Origin: Octopus sinensis
Taxonomy: Eukaryota
Length of the DNA stretch: 64,000 bases
NCBI RefSeq assembly: GCF_006345805.1
Contig: NC_043003.1
Location: 31,930,001-31,994,000 of the forward strand
Direction of reading: 5' to 3'
Shown piece after piece: positions 39,890 through 53,099 of this stretch. The position numbers and the translations under genes are program-made. Position 1 is the first letter of the stretch. Every line of letters starts with the position of its first letter. The notes under the pieces were generated by a model that was not told the DNA's origin, did not search any database, and worked only from the letters and a program-made list of their open reading frames with translations.

Positions 39890-39935
39890 TTATGATGATA
39901 ACAATGATGATGATGACGATGACGATGACGATGAC

Positions 39936-39980
<45 letters not shown>
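39890..39980. repeat. (GAT)n/(GAC)n trinucleotide repeat
   Basis: Direct sequence. Confidence 0.95.
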
Positions 39981-42180
39981 AAATGGTGAAAAGAAATAAT
40001 TTTGTTGTAAGTAATTAGATAAGAATCTTAGCGTAATACACAAACACGCGAGGAATATTAGCAATCAAAGATAAATTCAATTGAAGAAATTGAAAATTAA
40101 TTGAACTAAAAAGTGTTCATTAAACATCAACAGAAATTACGACAGTATTAGCTTCATTTATTTTTTAAAATTAATGAAGTATACAAGAATTTTTATTTTC
40201 AAGAAATGCGAAGGAGACAGAAATTATAGAAGAAAATGGCAGCAGAAAAAATAAAAGAATACAGAGATTGAATCACTGAATTTAATAAACATTAAACCAT
40301 AGACTGTTGATCGTCAGTTCTGACAATGTTATGAACGGATTTATGGAGATGGTGGTGGTTGTGGGTGACACTCATTCCTGAAAATCTATCACTACATGTA
40401 CAAGCATGTAAATCTCAGTGATAAGCAACTGCTAACAAATCAGAGATTTAGGGAAGTGTTCAGACTACCAAACTCTGCCTGCCGACTGTGTTGAAATTAT
40501 CAATGTTAGTAGAATGCTTAGATCTATTGCAAAATAGACAAATTAGTACTTTGTACGCAAAACTGGTATACTCATTCGCGAAAACATGTCAGGGATTGTT
40601 TGATGTTATTATTTCAGATTTGTTCTCAAAACAAATTAAGGAGTAAATGGTAACGCCATTTCAAGTCTTCAGGAACCGCCAGCCAAATCGGCTGAAATAT
40701 TTAGCGCAAAAAAGCTATGATGACAACTGATATATAGGACTTCAATTCCATCTCTCTTTGGTATCTTCAACAAGACATATGTAAGGAGACATGCAAAGAA
40801 GCAGAGCCTATCGTGGGATGCAGAAGAAAATTTCATTCCTGCAAAGCAGTTCATGATAAGCAAGAAATTAACATAAATTTTTTAATCTTTGTATTCATTC
40901 TCGTCAGCTGAGTAAATTAATTCGACTGCCCCCTGTATAGGCATCTTTCAACCCTTGAAATTCTCTTACTATTCATCTTGTAACAACCGGTTGAGGTTAA
41001 AGCTAATTGCTCAATCTCATTGTTCTCAGCGAACCTAAAGTACATATATAGAAACAAGTTCCCACTTTTGACCAAAATCGGAGCACATTTTAATTGATTT
41101 CATAGTTATTAATCTGAAAACAGATAAAAATAACTGCAATCATATATAAATGCAGGAAACCTTCAATGAGTGGGTATCCCAATTTAGCGCACAAAGTACC
41201 AGTATTATTATTCTGTAATAGTGGTTAGATTTCCACTAATGTTGATATTTGAACGTAATCGTCAAGTAGAATCTTCAGCACAAGGCTGCCCGAAATGTCC
41301 TTATATCTCTCCCCAGATGGCTTGACCATAAAACCCATAGTTCCAAGATTAATTTCTTCACTATACAGCTATACTTGCATCCACGATAAGGCACGTAACT
41401 AATAGAAGAATAAATCGTATGATGAAAGTTTACAGAATATATATATATATAGTTCTATTTAGACATATGGAAACAATGATAACCTGACAACTTATGATTT
41501 CAGAATGTTTGGAAAATTAAAGTAAATTTTAAATTATTGTCATTAAAGCTATTACAACAAAATATTTCTGTTTATGAAAATATTTATTCTATTTGATATT
41601 TATTCTATTTCTCAAAAAGCGTCTTAAAATTTATCCAAATATGATTTGCGGATATTTATAAAGTTGAAACAACCAGCACGTCGTATAAATTATTCTTATA
41701 TTGATAATATAATTTACAAACGTAAATACAGTAAATTTAATAAGATTAATAATAATATTAAAAATTAAAGAAAATTGCTTTATTTCACACAGGAAACTGA
41801 ATAAATGTATCCTTTATAAATTGTCAATAAATTGTATATAAATACTTCATAATTTGAATATACACCTTCAACAATAGCATTTAAACACGTTTTAAAGTGA
41901 TAAAATTTGCAGGTTCAATCCAGAGTTGAAGTCAGATTTCTTAGCATCAAACACAATAAGTTTTTATCAATGAGGCATAGATAATCACGTTGATCGATGG
42001 CAGAGATGCATAGATGTCGATGGCTCATACTTTGACGAATCAAAACATTTCTATTGTTAAATTTTCCACAATAAAATTTTGTTTCTGAAATCGGCCACTA
42101 TTTTCGGAACAAGCGAATACTGTAATCGACAAAAACGATTTCTTTTGCCTCGTCTTAATATGTATATATCATGACAATAA

Positions 42181-42325
42181 GGCGGCCAGGTAGCAGAATT
42201 GTTAATGCACAGGGCCAAATGCTTAGTGGCATTTCTTCCGTTCCCTTATGTTCTGAGTACATACGCCGACAAGGTCGACTTTTCCTGTCATACTTTTGGA
42301 AATGGGTAAAATTTATACTACACGA
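42181..42325 (+). mobile_element. tRNA-derived SINE, second family
   Basis: ggcggccaggtagcagaattgttaatgcac...atgcttagtggcatttc...ggtcgacttt. Confidence 0.7.
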
Positions 42326-42367
42326 GCACTGTATACACACACACAGACACACACACACACAGACACA

Positions 42368-42435
<68 letters not shown>

Positions 42436-43025
42436 CGTCATTTTAGTGACGACAGTGCCTTTCAGTTGTGAATTGCCAAGAGCTACCTTAATAATTTATT
42501 ATTCTCACTTCAACATTTTCGGAATCGGTCAATGTTTCTTATGGTGTTATCTATAAGAATGACGGTGACTGAGTAATAGGTCAGTGATGAAGATTAATCA
42601 AATCTGAAATCAGCGTTGATATGACTCCATATCCTTTGCCGTACGGAGCTTCTCTCCTTTTCCGATCGTTAGAAAAGTACTCTCACACGACTAAAAGTTG
42701 TGTTGGCTTTATTTCTAGCAATGCTGGAGCTGACGAGGAACCTCCGTTACTTTGGTGACGATTATACTTGTTGCCTTTCGGTTGTAAATTGCTAATAACC
42801 TCCTTAATAATAAAGTTATTGGTGCTGTATGAACATTTAATGTGACTTTAGAGTCAAGTTTTGGCCGCTATATTTAACATGGTAGTATATCTTAGATACC
42901 TTTGATTATAATATTAATAATAATTATTACCTATCAGGTTTTTATTCCCATGCTAGCCACCTGATATGATCGGTATTTTAAATAAGGATCTTATCCTTAT
43001 TTGTATAAATTATATACATACACAC

Positions 43026-43081
<56 letters not shown>

Positions 43082-43101
43082 GTGTGTATGTGTGTGTGTA
43101 T

Positions 43102-43260
43102 AGGCGCAGATATGGCTTTGCAGTTTAGGTGTTTGGTTCAGGATTACCTGGTTTCTGCTTCATATTCTCTCTCACCATGCGGCAACTCGGGTATCTTCGA
43201 CTATAGCCTTCCCGTTGATCAATATCTTCTGAGCGAATTTAGTAGTGTCAGAATTTAGTA
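43102..43260 (+). mobile_element. Diverged SINE of the family seen at 23330-23450
   Basis: aggcgcagatatggct head and tcttcgactatagcct motif. Confidence 0.5.
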
Positions 43261-44061
43261 GTGTCTTTTTGCTATACAAAGTTATAAACCGATGGTTGGT
43301 TCTTCTTAATAGTTGCATTACTTATCGTTCTGAAAAGTCAACAGCAGACACACCTCTCTCCTCTACTGGCTTTCAGCACCAACAAAATCCGTTCAATATA
43401 TACACTACACAGATCTCAAAGAAAGTAGCTTAGGTCCACGTTTATCTCTTGTCGATAACACTTTAATATCTTTAAAAGCATTTCAAGTAGTCTAGATAAA
43501 TATTCACCTCTTCACTTTTCCGTTGATTATAAAAGACAGCCAGGACAATCATTTGTAATTGGGCTGATGTATATATTTAAGTTCCTAAATCGCATAGAGA
43601 CAAGACAAAACAGAGGCAAAGATAGGTAAGTACATATAATTGTACAGTAACTGCAATGTCTATTTGAGTTGTTCTCATGTAGCATTTTCTCCAATGGTAA
43701 AAAGTGTCACCTCTACACCCAACCAAGTTTACCGGACCTTATTCATGTTTCTTGCACTTTTACTTTTTGTAGCGTCTACTAATCGCTCTCCTTTATTACG
43801 TTCCATCGACTAGTTACTGGCTTACAAGATTACCAGACAATATTTCTTGTAAGATTTCTGAAGTTTCACCAATAAGGGTCTATGTCTTTGGCTCATAGAT
43901 TCTTTTCGGTGCTTGTAGTAGTTAACGATGTTTATTTAACGCCGCTGCTAAAGAAAGAAATAGTAAAGAGAGAATGAGAGAGAAGGACAAAGAGAGAGGT
44001 AATGCGAGGGAGGTAGAAAGAACTTGTGTGTAGAAGACTTAAAAATGATTTAGATAATCCT

Positions 44062-44120
44062 ATCAGGTGGTGTTATTGAATTAGACATGGCCTGGACCAA
44101 TCTTTGGTCGAAACATGTAA
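44062..44120 (+). mobile_element. Diverged isolated CR1-like 3' end
   Basis: caggtggtgttattgaattagacatggcctggaccaatctttggtcgaaac aligns to the 3' ends at 44251 and 46222. Confidence 0.7.
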
Positions 44121-44188
44121 GTTTTATTTAAGTTTTATGTTTGTGTATATATATGCAAATATGTACTCATACATTAATGCATGATTTA

Positions 44189-44245
<57 letters not shown>

Positions 44246-44250
44246 ATATA

Positions 44251-45328
44251 CTTTGATAGGTTTCGGCCATTATTGGGCCAGGCCATGTCTAACTTAATAG
44301 CACCACCTGGTGAATTTGGGCACTATGGCCCACTCAAGTAGAGAGTTATTGTTTACAGAGACATATCCGGGTGTAGGGGGTTTATCCGGGATTTCTTGAA
44401 GGAATCTGTCCAGAGACTTCTTGAACCCTATATTGAAATAATTGTGCCATATTGTTGTTATGAGATGAGAGTGCGATTTTTGTTTGGGGCCCAAGCCTTG
44501 GATGTACCTTAAAGGTGATGCCAACATCATTTGGGCAATGCTGATGGAATATTTTCCACATCATGCAGATGATGTAGCGCTCACGACGACGTTGGAGAGA
44601 ATAAAGCTTTAGCTTTTCTAGTCGACCCCAATAGTCGAGGCCTGTCATGCCATCTATCTTTTTTGTGATTGCCCTTTGAGGTGCTTCAACTTTTATGATA
44701 CCTTTTATTGTGTGGGGAGACCACAGTGGACAACAGTATTCAAGGTGGGGTCGGCAAAAAGTGGAGAAGAGAAGGATAATGGTGTGGATATCTCTCGACT
44801 GGAAAGTTCTGAGAATCCAGGAACACATTCTGCGGGCCATGTCAACTTTGGTGTTTATATGAGTGGCCCAGCTTATGTTGTTGTCCAAAATTACTCCCAA
44901 GTCTCTGATATTGTTGGACGCCGCGAGAGTTTCACCTGAAGGAAGGGAGTATGGGAGTTTCAGGGCATCCTCTTTTCCAAAGTGGATTAACTCAAGTTTA
45001 TCCTCGTTCAGCAGCATATTGTTTTTTTCTGCCCATTGGATAACAGCCAGTAGATCTGACTGAAGGCATGTCCGGTCACTCGCCTCATTTATGACCTTCT
45101 GTAGCTTGGAATCATCTGCAAAGATTTTTATGTTGCTGTGCTTGATGATGTCATTAATGTCATTAATGTAGATGATGAAAAGAAGTGGGCGCAGCACAGT
45201 GCCTTGCGGAACGCCACTACTGACTTTGGCTGGACTTGATTTTACCCCTTCAACTACAACATGTTGAGATCTGTCTGTCAGGAAACACTTGATCCATTTC
45301 AGTAACTTTCCAGAGACACCAATGTTGG
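44251..45328 (-). mobile_element. 5'-truncated CR1-group LINE (RT C-terminal half and 3' end)
   Basis: SGVPQGTVL.PLLFIIYIND, FADDSKL, RDLGVILD, RPHLEYCCPLWSP and LYSLQRRRERY in ORF 44382-45467. (TA)n lies on both sides. Confidence 0.95.
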
Positions 45329-45338
45329 ATATATATAT

Positions 45339-45434
<96 letters not shown>

Positions 45435-45745
45435 TGTAAAGAAAAAAACGATTATAATAATGAACAAGGTGCCTAAGTCAAAATTGAATTAGGGTTGCGC
45501 ATTCTATTTGCCATGCCACCCGAGGAGAAATAATATGAGTAATATAATGGATTTTATAGCGGTTTTGGCTATTATTTTTAATATGTAAGGGTTTTTTAAA
45601 ACCATTTTAGTTATAATTGTTACTTGTTCATCATCATAAACGTTTGACTACTTTATATTTTATTGTAACATGTTTGGTCATTGATATGTTCATAAATAAA
45701 CTGATTTATTTAATATATCCACCGTACTGATATATATATATATAT

Positions 45746-46043
45746 AACAATAATATCAAGGAATGGCCTTAATAGGCCATTCAAGTCACTAAAACGAGCA
45801 GCCAAACTCAATCAGCTAAATAGTAGTAATTCAGAAATCAAAGGAAAATTAAAAACATTTACCCTTATCATGTTTGGACTATGCATAGTTTCGACGTACT
45901 TTTTGCAAACCAGCTTAATTAAATTAAATTAAATTTAATCATAAGGGTAAATGTTTTTAATTTTCCTTTGATTTCTGAATTACTACTATTTAGCGGTTTG
46001 TGAGTTGAATGGCCTATTAAGGCCATTCCTTAATATTATTGTT
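45746..46043. repeat. Fold-back with arms 45746-45868 / 45941-46043 and a 72-bp spacer
   Basis: gctaaatagtagtaattcagaaatcaaaggaaaattaaaaacatttacccttat has an exact reverse complement in the right arm. Each arm also carries a GAATGGCCT/AGGCCATTC hairpin. Confidence 0.92.
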
Positions 46044-46156
46044 GAATGTACATTATATAGTCTGTTGAATAGTTTTTCTTTCTCACTAGACCGCTGGTGG
46101 CGAAACAATTTCTATTGAATTTTTTGCTACCCTGATATTGATATATATATATATTA

Positions 46157-46195
<39 letters not shown>

Positions 46196-46210
46196 AGTGT
46201 CTGTATGTAC

Positions 46211-46386
46211 TTACTTTGATACTTTGATAGGTTTCGGCCATTATTGGCCCAGGCCATGTCTAACTTAATAGCACCACCTGGTGAAGTCTTTCAAGTCAGA
46301 ATTTGGGCACTATGGCCCACTCAAGTAGAGAGTTATTGTTTACAGAGACATATCCGGGTGTAGGGGGTTTATCCGGGATTTCTTGA
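46211..46386 (-). mobile_element. Short 3' copy of the CR1-group LINE
   Basis: Near-identical to 44251-44400, but keeps 16 bp (gtctttcaagtcagaa) that the longer copy lacks. The tail is (TATCAAAG)x2. Confidence 0.92.
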
Positions 46387-46409
46387 CGGTATATTTCTTG
46401 TATATACAT

Positions 46410-46590
46410 ATATATTTTTTTCCTCTGTCTTCCCTTCTCTGGATCTTTCCTTCTCCTATGTATCCGACGAAGCTCCGCTCGAAACGTTAAGCCCTCCTTC
46501 TTTCCTTCTTTCCTGAGCGTCCAATAATACTATATTTGTTCCACGTCCTCGCGTTGTTGTGCTTTTTGTGCTTTCTTGTTTGGATTAACT
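46410..46590 (+). repeat. Second copy of the ~200-bp hammerhead-like repeat
   Basis: Matches the reverse complement of 28971-29145. Motif ccgacgaagctccgctcgaaacgttaa. Confidence 0.75.
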
Positions 46591-46634
46591 TTATATACAT
46601 ATATATATATACATATGTATATAAATATATGTAT

Positions 46635-46696
<62 letters not shown>

Positions 46697-47162
46697 GCAT
46701 ATACATATATACATATACATATATATAAATATAAGTATATGACACAGACTCACACATACACACACAAAACACACATACATGTATGCATACACACATACAC
46801 ACAAACGTGCACACAACCACACACACGCATGAATGCATTATTTGAAGGCTTAGGCATGCTTTATATAAAGGCCCAGAGGAAATACCTGACCAAATGTTGG
46901 CTTTTGTTAAGCCTCATATTTAAAAGTAGTTATTTTTAAGGTGTCTGGTTTTCTACTTCTTCCTCTCTCTCTCTCACGTTTTTCTGCTTCTCTCCTTCTT
47001 TCTCCTATCTTCCACCGTGATTCTGTAAAAATACATCCATATTCAAAAGTCAGGCTGGTGAATAGTGCGTATGTAAGCATATTATAACGTTAGGTTGACT
47101 TTGGATTCACCTGCGGGCATTATTTATTCAATGATGCCGATTTTAATGATTTTAATGCAGAT

Positions 47163-47212
<50 letters not shown>

Positions 47213-47679
47213 ACACATACACACACACACACACACACACATACACACACAATAAATATTCGACGTAAAATAAATTTCATTCATCTCAAATATTCATTCC
47301 TTTCATTAGAAAATATGTATGAGGGAGTGTATACGTGTGTATACGTACGTATATGTATCAGTGTATGCGTTTGTACGTATGTGCATAGTGATAAACATTT
47401 TATATATACAAATTGATAGATAATCTTTTATATTCATTGGTGAGCACGGCTGATATCCTTTCTAGTGTTCCTCCTAATGCATCAAGTAAAACGACTTATG
47501 TTCCCAAGTTTCTCTTAATGACACGTAGTCATCTAGTAGTTCCTTAAACCGCATCTTAATATTAAGATAATCTTGTTAAATGAAACTATTTCTAAGACGG
47601 AATTAAGCTGCATTTCATTGCTTCGCATCCGTAACTGCATTATAATATCTATAATTGGGAATTTAGAATAATTTACCTG

Positions 47680-47746
<67 letters not shown>
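47680..47746. repeat. (AAT)n
   Basis: Direct sequence. Confidence 0.95.
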
Positions 47747-49841
47747 CTTGTCAAAACATCGTTAAATACCAAGAAAATACATCTTCAATGAAATAAAATA
47801 TGAATTTTAGAAATTTAATTATATCGTTTGTTTAGGTTGTCTTACATTGTTGCTTCAAGTAATTTCCTTACAAATCAGAATGTTAGTAGTAAATAACAAG
47901 CGAAAGAATTTTTTCTATAGTTTATTGAACAAAGATGCAAGGTACAACATTAAAGTGAACACATATTATGAGAGAAAATGGACAAAAGAAGAACTGAAAT
48001 ATTCATTTTTGCATACTCCTTTCAAAGACGTGAGTTAAACTTGAGGAGAAGAGTTAATTCAGATTTTATTCATTATTATTATTATCTTTTTATGCTGAAA
48101 AACTAAAGCAGAAAGTCCAGATTTTAGCTTAGAAAATATTTGGGGATTTGTACTTCCATTTTATATATATTTGGAAAGAGCTCTTGACGAAGTGACCAAC
48201 AGTAAATTAGGGAACCCTTCTCATAATGGCTACGAACATCAACGCACCTATACTTGAAAAATATATCACAATACTTGTAGATCGAAATAGTTCTGTTTCC
48301 TTTACTGCAATTCTCTACATCGCTCCGTCTTTTTTCACTTTGTTTGATGTGGACAAAAAATTGTTCAGTTGCTATAATTTCTCCTCGGCCATATTGAAAA
48401 TGGAAGTTTATCCCTGATAAACAGATTAGAAAACATAACATTATTAGAAATTCCGCGAATAAGTACATTAGAGAACTCTTGATTTGATAATGGCGAATAT
48501 GAGCTGTTGTTCATATTCACCAATATCAATAATATTAATAATATTGTTTGTTTATAGAAAATGAATAAAATGTGTTGTCCAGTATCATATATGCACGTAC
48601 ACGAAACAGAAGATATGCATCCAAATCCCTATATACTCCCTGTATTTGCAGAATTTACTTCTAGATTGTGACCGTTGCAGTGTCCGCACCACCATATGCA
48701 CCGTTTGACTCTGCTAACGACTGTGATAACTTCGAAGCTATGTAGAGAGAGCGGTTGCAATATTTGTCCTTACACTTCATCCTTGAGCTGATGTAGACTA
48801 AATATAGGAACTTTTATATATTTTCATAACTTTTAATATTATGTTTTATAGGACGATTATTAGAATACTTCACAAGCGATAATTTGCTAGAACAGTCAGA
48901 GCGCCAGATAGAATACCTCCTCGTTACCATTCCTGTTCCTACGCTTTGTGTGCACATCTTTCCGTGGTCACTATTCTTCATAGCATACATAAACTACTAC
49001 TCCAATATTAAAGTCGATACTTCACTTTCTCTACTGTACATACAAATCAATAATCTTGTTTTATCACTTTACATTCTGGTGATTTCCCTGGAGAATTGCT
49101 TGAAATGTGTGTCTGTGGAATACTCAGCCACTAACATGTTAATATCAAATGTAAGACTTCCGCTCATCGAAAAATTGATTACTTATTTTCAAAAGCAACT
49201 TTGATTCCACCACCCAGTCAGTCCAGTCATTTCATTCTTGAATTTCTCTGGATTAAGATTTGAAATGGAAGATCTTCTCTACCCTAATGACGGAGGCTCG
49301 TCTTATCTGATGTTAAATGTATCCATACGGCCGCATATTGTGATGAACTAAATCTACCAACATTATAATAGATCGCCGAGCCTCCAGAAGTAGCTATTGG
49401 ACTTATAACATCTTTATTCCACTCCTTTAATTTTCTCTATCGTCTGTACTCTAAGTAAGTTGGATATTTTAATATAAATATCTATACAATTATACTTTAA
49501 AGTTCATGATCTGAAAGTCTGAACCTTTTGCTATCTAGTTTTGCATGTATACATATATACACATCTTACATTTCATCCACAAACTAATATATTTAATATA
49601 TGTAATATATTTGATGTATATAATTTGTTTATCCGCATAATTGACTCTATACACGCTCAACTTAATCCTTCATATAACTTTTCTTGTGGAATGATCCCTT
49701 GTACAGTCATTGGAGTCTAAGTTTGAATCCTATACGGACATTTTTGGGATCACATCTATGAGCTATACACATACACACACACACACTCACATATATATAT
49801 ATATGCACTCACGCTCTCTCTCTCTCTCACACACACAGGCA

Positions 49842-49944
<103 letters not shown>

Positions 49945-50492
49945 AAAGATCGTAGACTTACATCTTCTTAAGGAAATACGAAATTACACAAATTTCAATG
50001 TCATGATTAGTGAAACCGAAACTGGTCGATATCCGGTATACTCTTTTATTTAAAATATATTATAACTGTGTGCAATTTCCTTCTTTTATTTTATGCATAT
50101 ATATTTCTTTATTACAAATCATCACGTGAAGATAATCGAAGTTCTCTTCCTCCCTTTCCTTACTAAATATATATATATACATGCTGGTGTCACATATTGT
50201 TCATATTTAAATTGAATTCACGGTCCTCGGATGCTTTTTTAAGTATGCTGACCACTGGTTGAAATTGATATTATTTAATAATATTAATTTCTACTCTTAT
50301 TACTTTCTCTAGTTTTCTTCCTATTTCTTAGTAGAATGCTATAATATTTTTTATTTAGTATAATATTTTTACTTCATACCTTGCACAACATTCCTAAGAC
50401 TTTAATCTACATGTTTTTATCTAGACCCTTTATTATTTATTTGGTAACTTATCTATTAATTCCCCTTAACTATTTTTTCTATTGATGTTCCA

Positions 50493-50563
50493 TATTTGGT
50501 CCTATCTGCATCTATATTTGGTCCTATCTGCATACTATAGTTCCTATTTGGTCCTATCTGCAT
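50493..50563 (+). repeat. Three exact copies of the 19-mer TATTTGGTCCTATCTGCAT
   Basis: Copies start at 50493, 50515 and 50545, with spacers of 3 and 11 bp. Confidence 0.85.
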
Positions 50564-51689
50564 ACTATAATTACAGTTTACATTTACCCCTCTCCTAACA
50601 CACTATTATTCTATTATTTCCTCTATCTTCCAGGCTTTAATTAATTAAATAATTTAAATTTTATAGTTTTCTTATTTCTTGGTTGATTGCTTTAATATTT
50701 TTAGTTAAAAGCCTACTTAATTTATTATTCATCGAGCCCCTTTTGTATCATTTATTTTTTCGCTTTCTAATATCTATTACCCCACCTTGACTGTTTTTCT
50801 ATTAATTTTCTGTGTCTCAAGCATAATAATTCCTTTTATGATTCTTCTGTATCCCCTTCTCTCTCTCTTTCCACAAATTGCTATCTCATGTACAATAATT
50901 GTTTACAGTTTTCCTTATCTCCTTGCAAGAAAGTATATCTATCCTTTAACTTATTCATTTATGATAATAATAACTTTAATTTGCTTTAATATTGAATTAT
51001 ACTATAAGAATGTTATGTCGTATGTTCGGATGATCTCTTCTCAACTCTGCTCTCCTACTCTCGACTCTGACCGCTACTCTGATGTTCCCTGCCGACGTCT
51101 AGACTTCTCCCTCTATATCTACATATTGGGCTAGCCTATTTCATCGTCTGAGGACGTCCACAATACAAAGAGTATTTTAGCTATTTCTAGTTCACCATAA
51201 AATATATGTTTATCTTTACCAGGTTTCATTTTTTGTTTGTCCCTAATCTAGATTGTTCCTAGTTTTTCATTAGTGCTTCACCTCTATATTAATTTTACTA
51301 TATGAACCAACCTGATGCTATTTTCTAATTCACTGTAAAAAAATACATATTTATTTCTACCTGTTTCGCTCTGGTATGCCCCTAATTTCGATTATTGCCA
51401 GCTATTCTTTAGATATCCTCCTCTATATTAGATACCTATTTCCGGTTTTGAGGGCAATATATTTAATTATTTAAATAATTTTATTAATAAGTTTTAATTA
51501 ATCATGTTGAACTGATCCATATTTAAGCCCTTATTATTACTTTTATTGCATATATTTACTTCATTTTAATTCTTATTTATTTATTTATACAGGATGTATA
51601 TCTTCCTGCATGCGCGCCTTAACATATTTATATTATTATATGATCGAACACCACGCATCCATTTCTAAGTATATATACATATATATATT

Positions 51690-52990
51690 TAAGGAAAATA
51701 GCTCAAAATAGAAAATGCTAAAATAATTTTATCATGAAGAACATTTTAGTAGCGGCTTCAGTCGTTGCGACTTTTTCAACTTAGAATGAAGCATGAAAAG
51801 CAATTAAATCGTAGAAAAATTAAATGATATGTTTTTGAAATATATTTCCATAGTTTTCAATTGCATGAGACATTTTCCTTTTTTCTGTCTGTCTGTGTCT
51901 CTGTTCTACTCATGTGAGTTCTAGGTAGTTGGCAGCAGCTAGTAGTAGTTTGATATGAATCCTTGTCTTTGATTCTTTAAGCAGCAGTAGTAGTAGAGAA
52001 AAGACGCGGTGAAGAAGAAGAGGAAGAATAATAGTAATGTTGGAGTGGTATGACAGTAGCAGGATGTTGGTAGAATCCTCTTGAATGGTCAGTGACTTAA
52101 CTGTGAAACGTTGTAGCTGTAATAGTAGTGATTGGAATTGTTCTGAATTAATTCATGTGAAGTGACTGTTTTGAATATATCGTCTTAATTATTTGCGTGG
52201 GTATTATTCTAAGGCTCTTGTAATAGTGTCATTTGTGATAGATGCATTCAAAAGGGGTTTATATTATGTGATAAAAAATGACTCTTTACTAATGCGCTGA
52301 TAACAAGTTGCATCGTCCCTGAATTGATAATGTGGAAAAATTCTGAAGCTGGTTTGTTTGTGATTGGCGCAAATGTCGATGTGTTCGCTGAATGCTATTT
52401 TTCTGTATTTCAGAATTTTGATCTAGGATCATCCTTTAACGTAGACTGTTTTTGGTCTGGCCTATGTATTGCTCTCCACACTCAGAGCATGTTACACATA
52501 TCAGGTTCTCAGAAGCACAAATGAAGTTGGTTTTCACTGAAACGATGACCCTGTTTGAAAGAGAACTCTGATCCCTCAATTAGATTGACGCATATACCAC
52601 AGTTAGGTCATTTTTTATTGACGGCTTCATTGTTGTTGTTGAGCGTATTCGGGCTTGTGTTAGGAGACTTTTCATAGATTTGGGCTGTATTTTGCTCTTT
52701 ATGATGGTGTGCGTTGGGAGGATTAAATTCATTCTGTGGTGCCTTTTTAGTAGGGAAATGTTTTGGAGGATGGTGTCGAAAGCTTCAGTGTTAAGAGAGT
52801 TGTGTGTGGAGATGTATGGTAGGGCTTTTGGTTGTAAATCTTTTAATTTGGATGGCTGAGTTCGTGGATGTTGAATTGTAGGATATATTGAAAGTATATA
52901 TCAATTAGTGAGTGATGGGTAGTTCCTGGTGATGAGTGTTCATGTAGTTCATGTAGTCGTGTCTCTGGTGCTTGTATTAGAAACTGTAGT
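51690..52990 (-). mobile_element. Decayed Penelope-like element (post-RT linker, GIY-YIG endonuclease, 3' pLTR)
   Basis: LPYISTHNS, PNCGICVNLIEGSEFSFKQG, CVTCSECGEQYIGQTKNSLR (YIG at 52460-52468), FSEHIDICA and YKPLLN. Confidence 0.88.
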
Positions 52991-52997
52991 ATTATAT

Positions 52998-53036
<39 letters not shown>

Positions 53037-53039
53037 CAC

Positions 53040-53099
<60 letters not shown>

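Noticed and set aside
40669-40863. ORF MKFSSASHDRLCFF... after a good acceptor site
   Set aside because: Short, no recognisable homology and no supporting neighbouring exons.
49995-50040. CGAAACTGGTC resembling a hammerhead stem III with GUC
   Set aside because: No core or stem I could be built.
50493-50563. Three identical 19-mers with spacers, superficially CRISPR-like
   Set aside because: The spacers are only 3 and 11 bp, the context is eukaryotic and there are no cas genes. It is a slippage duplication.
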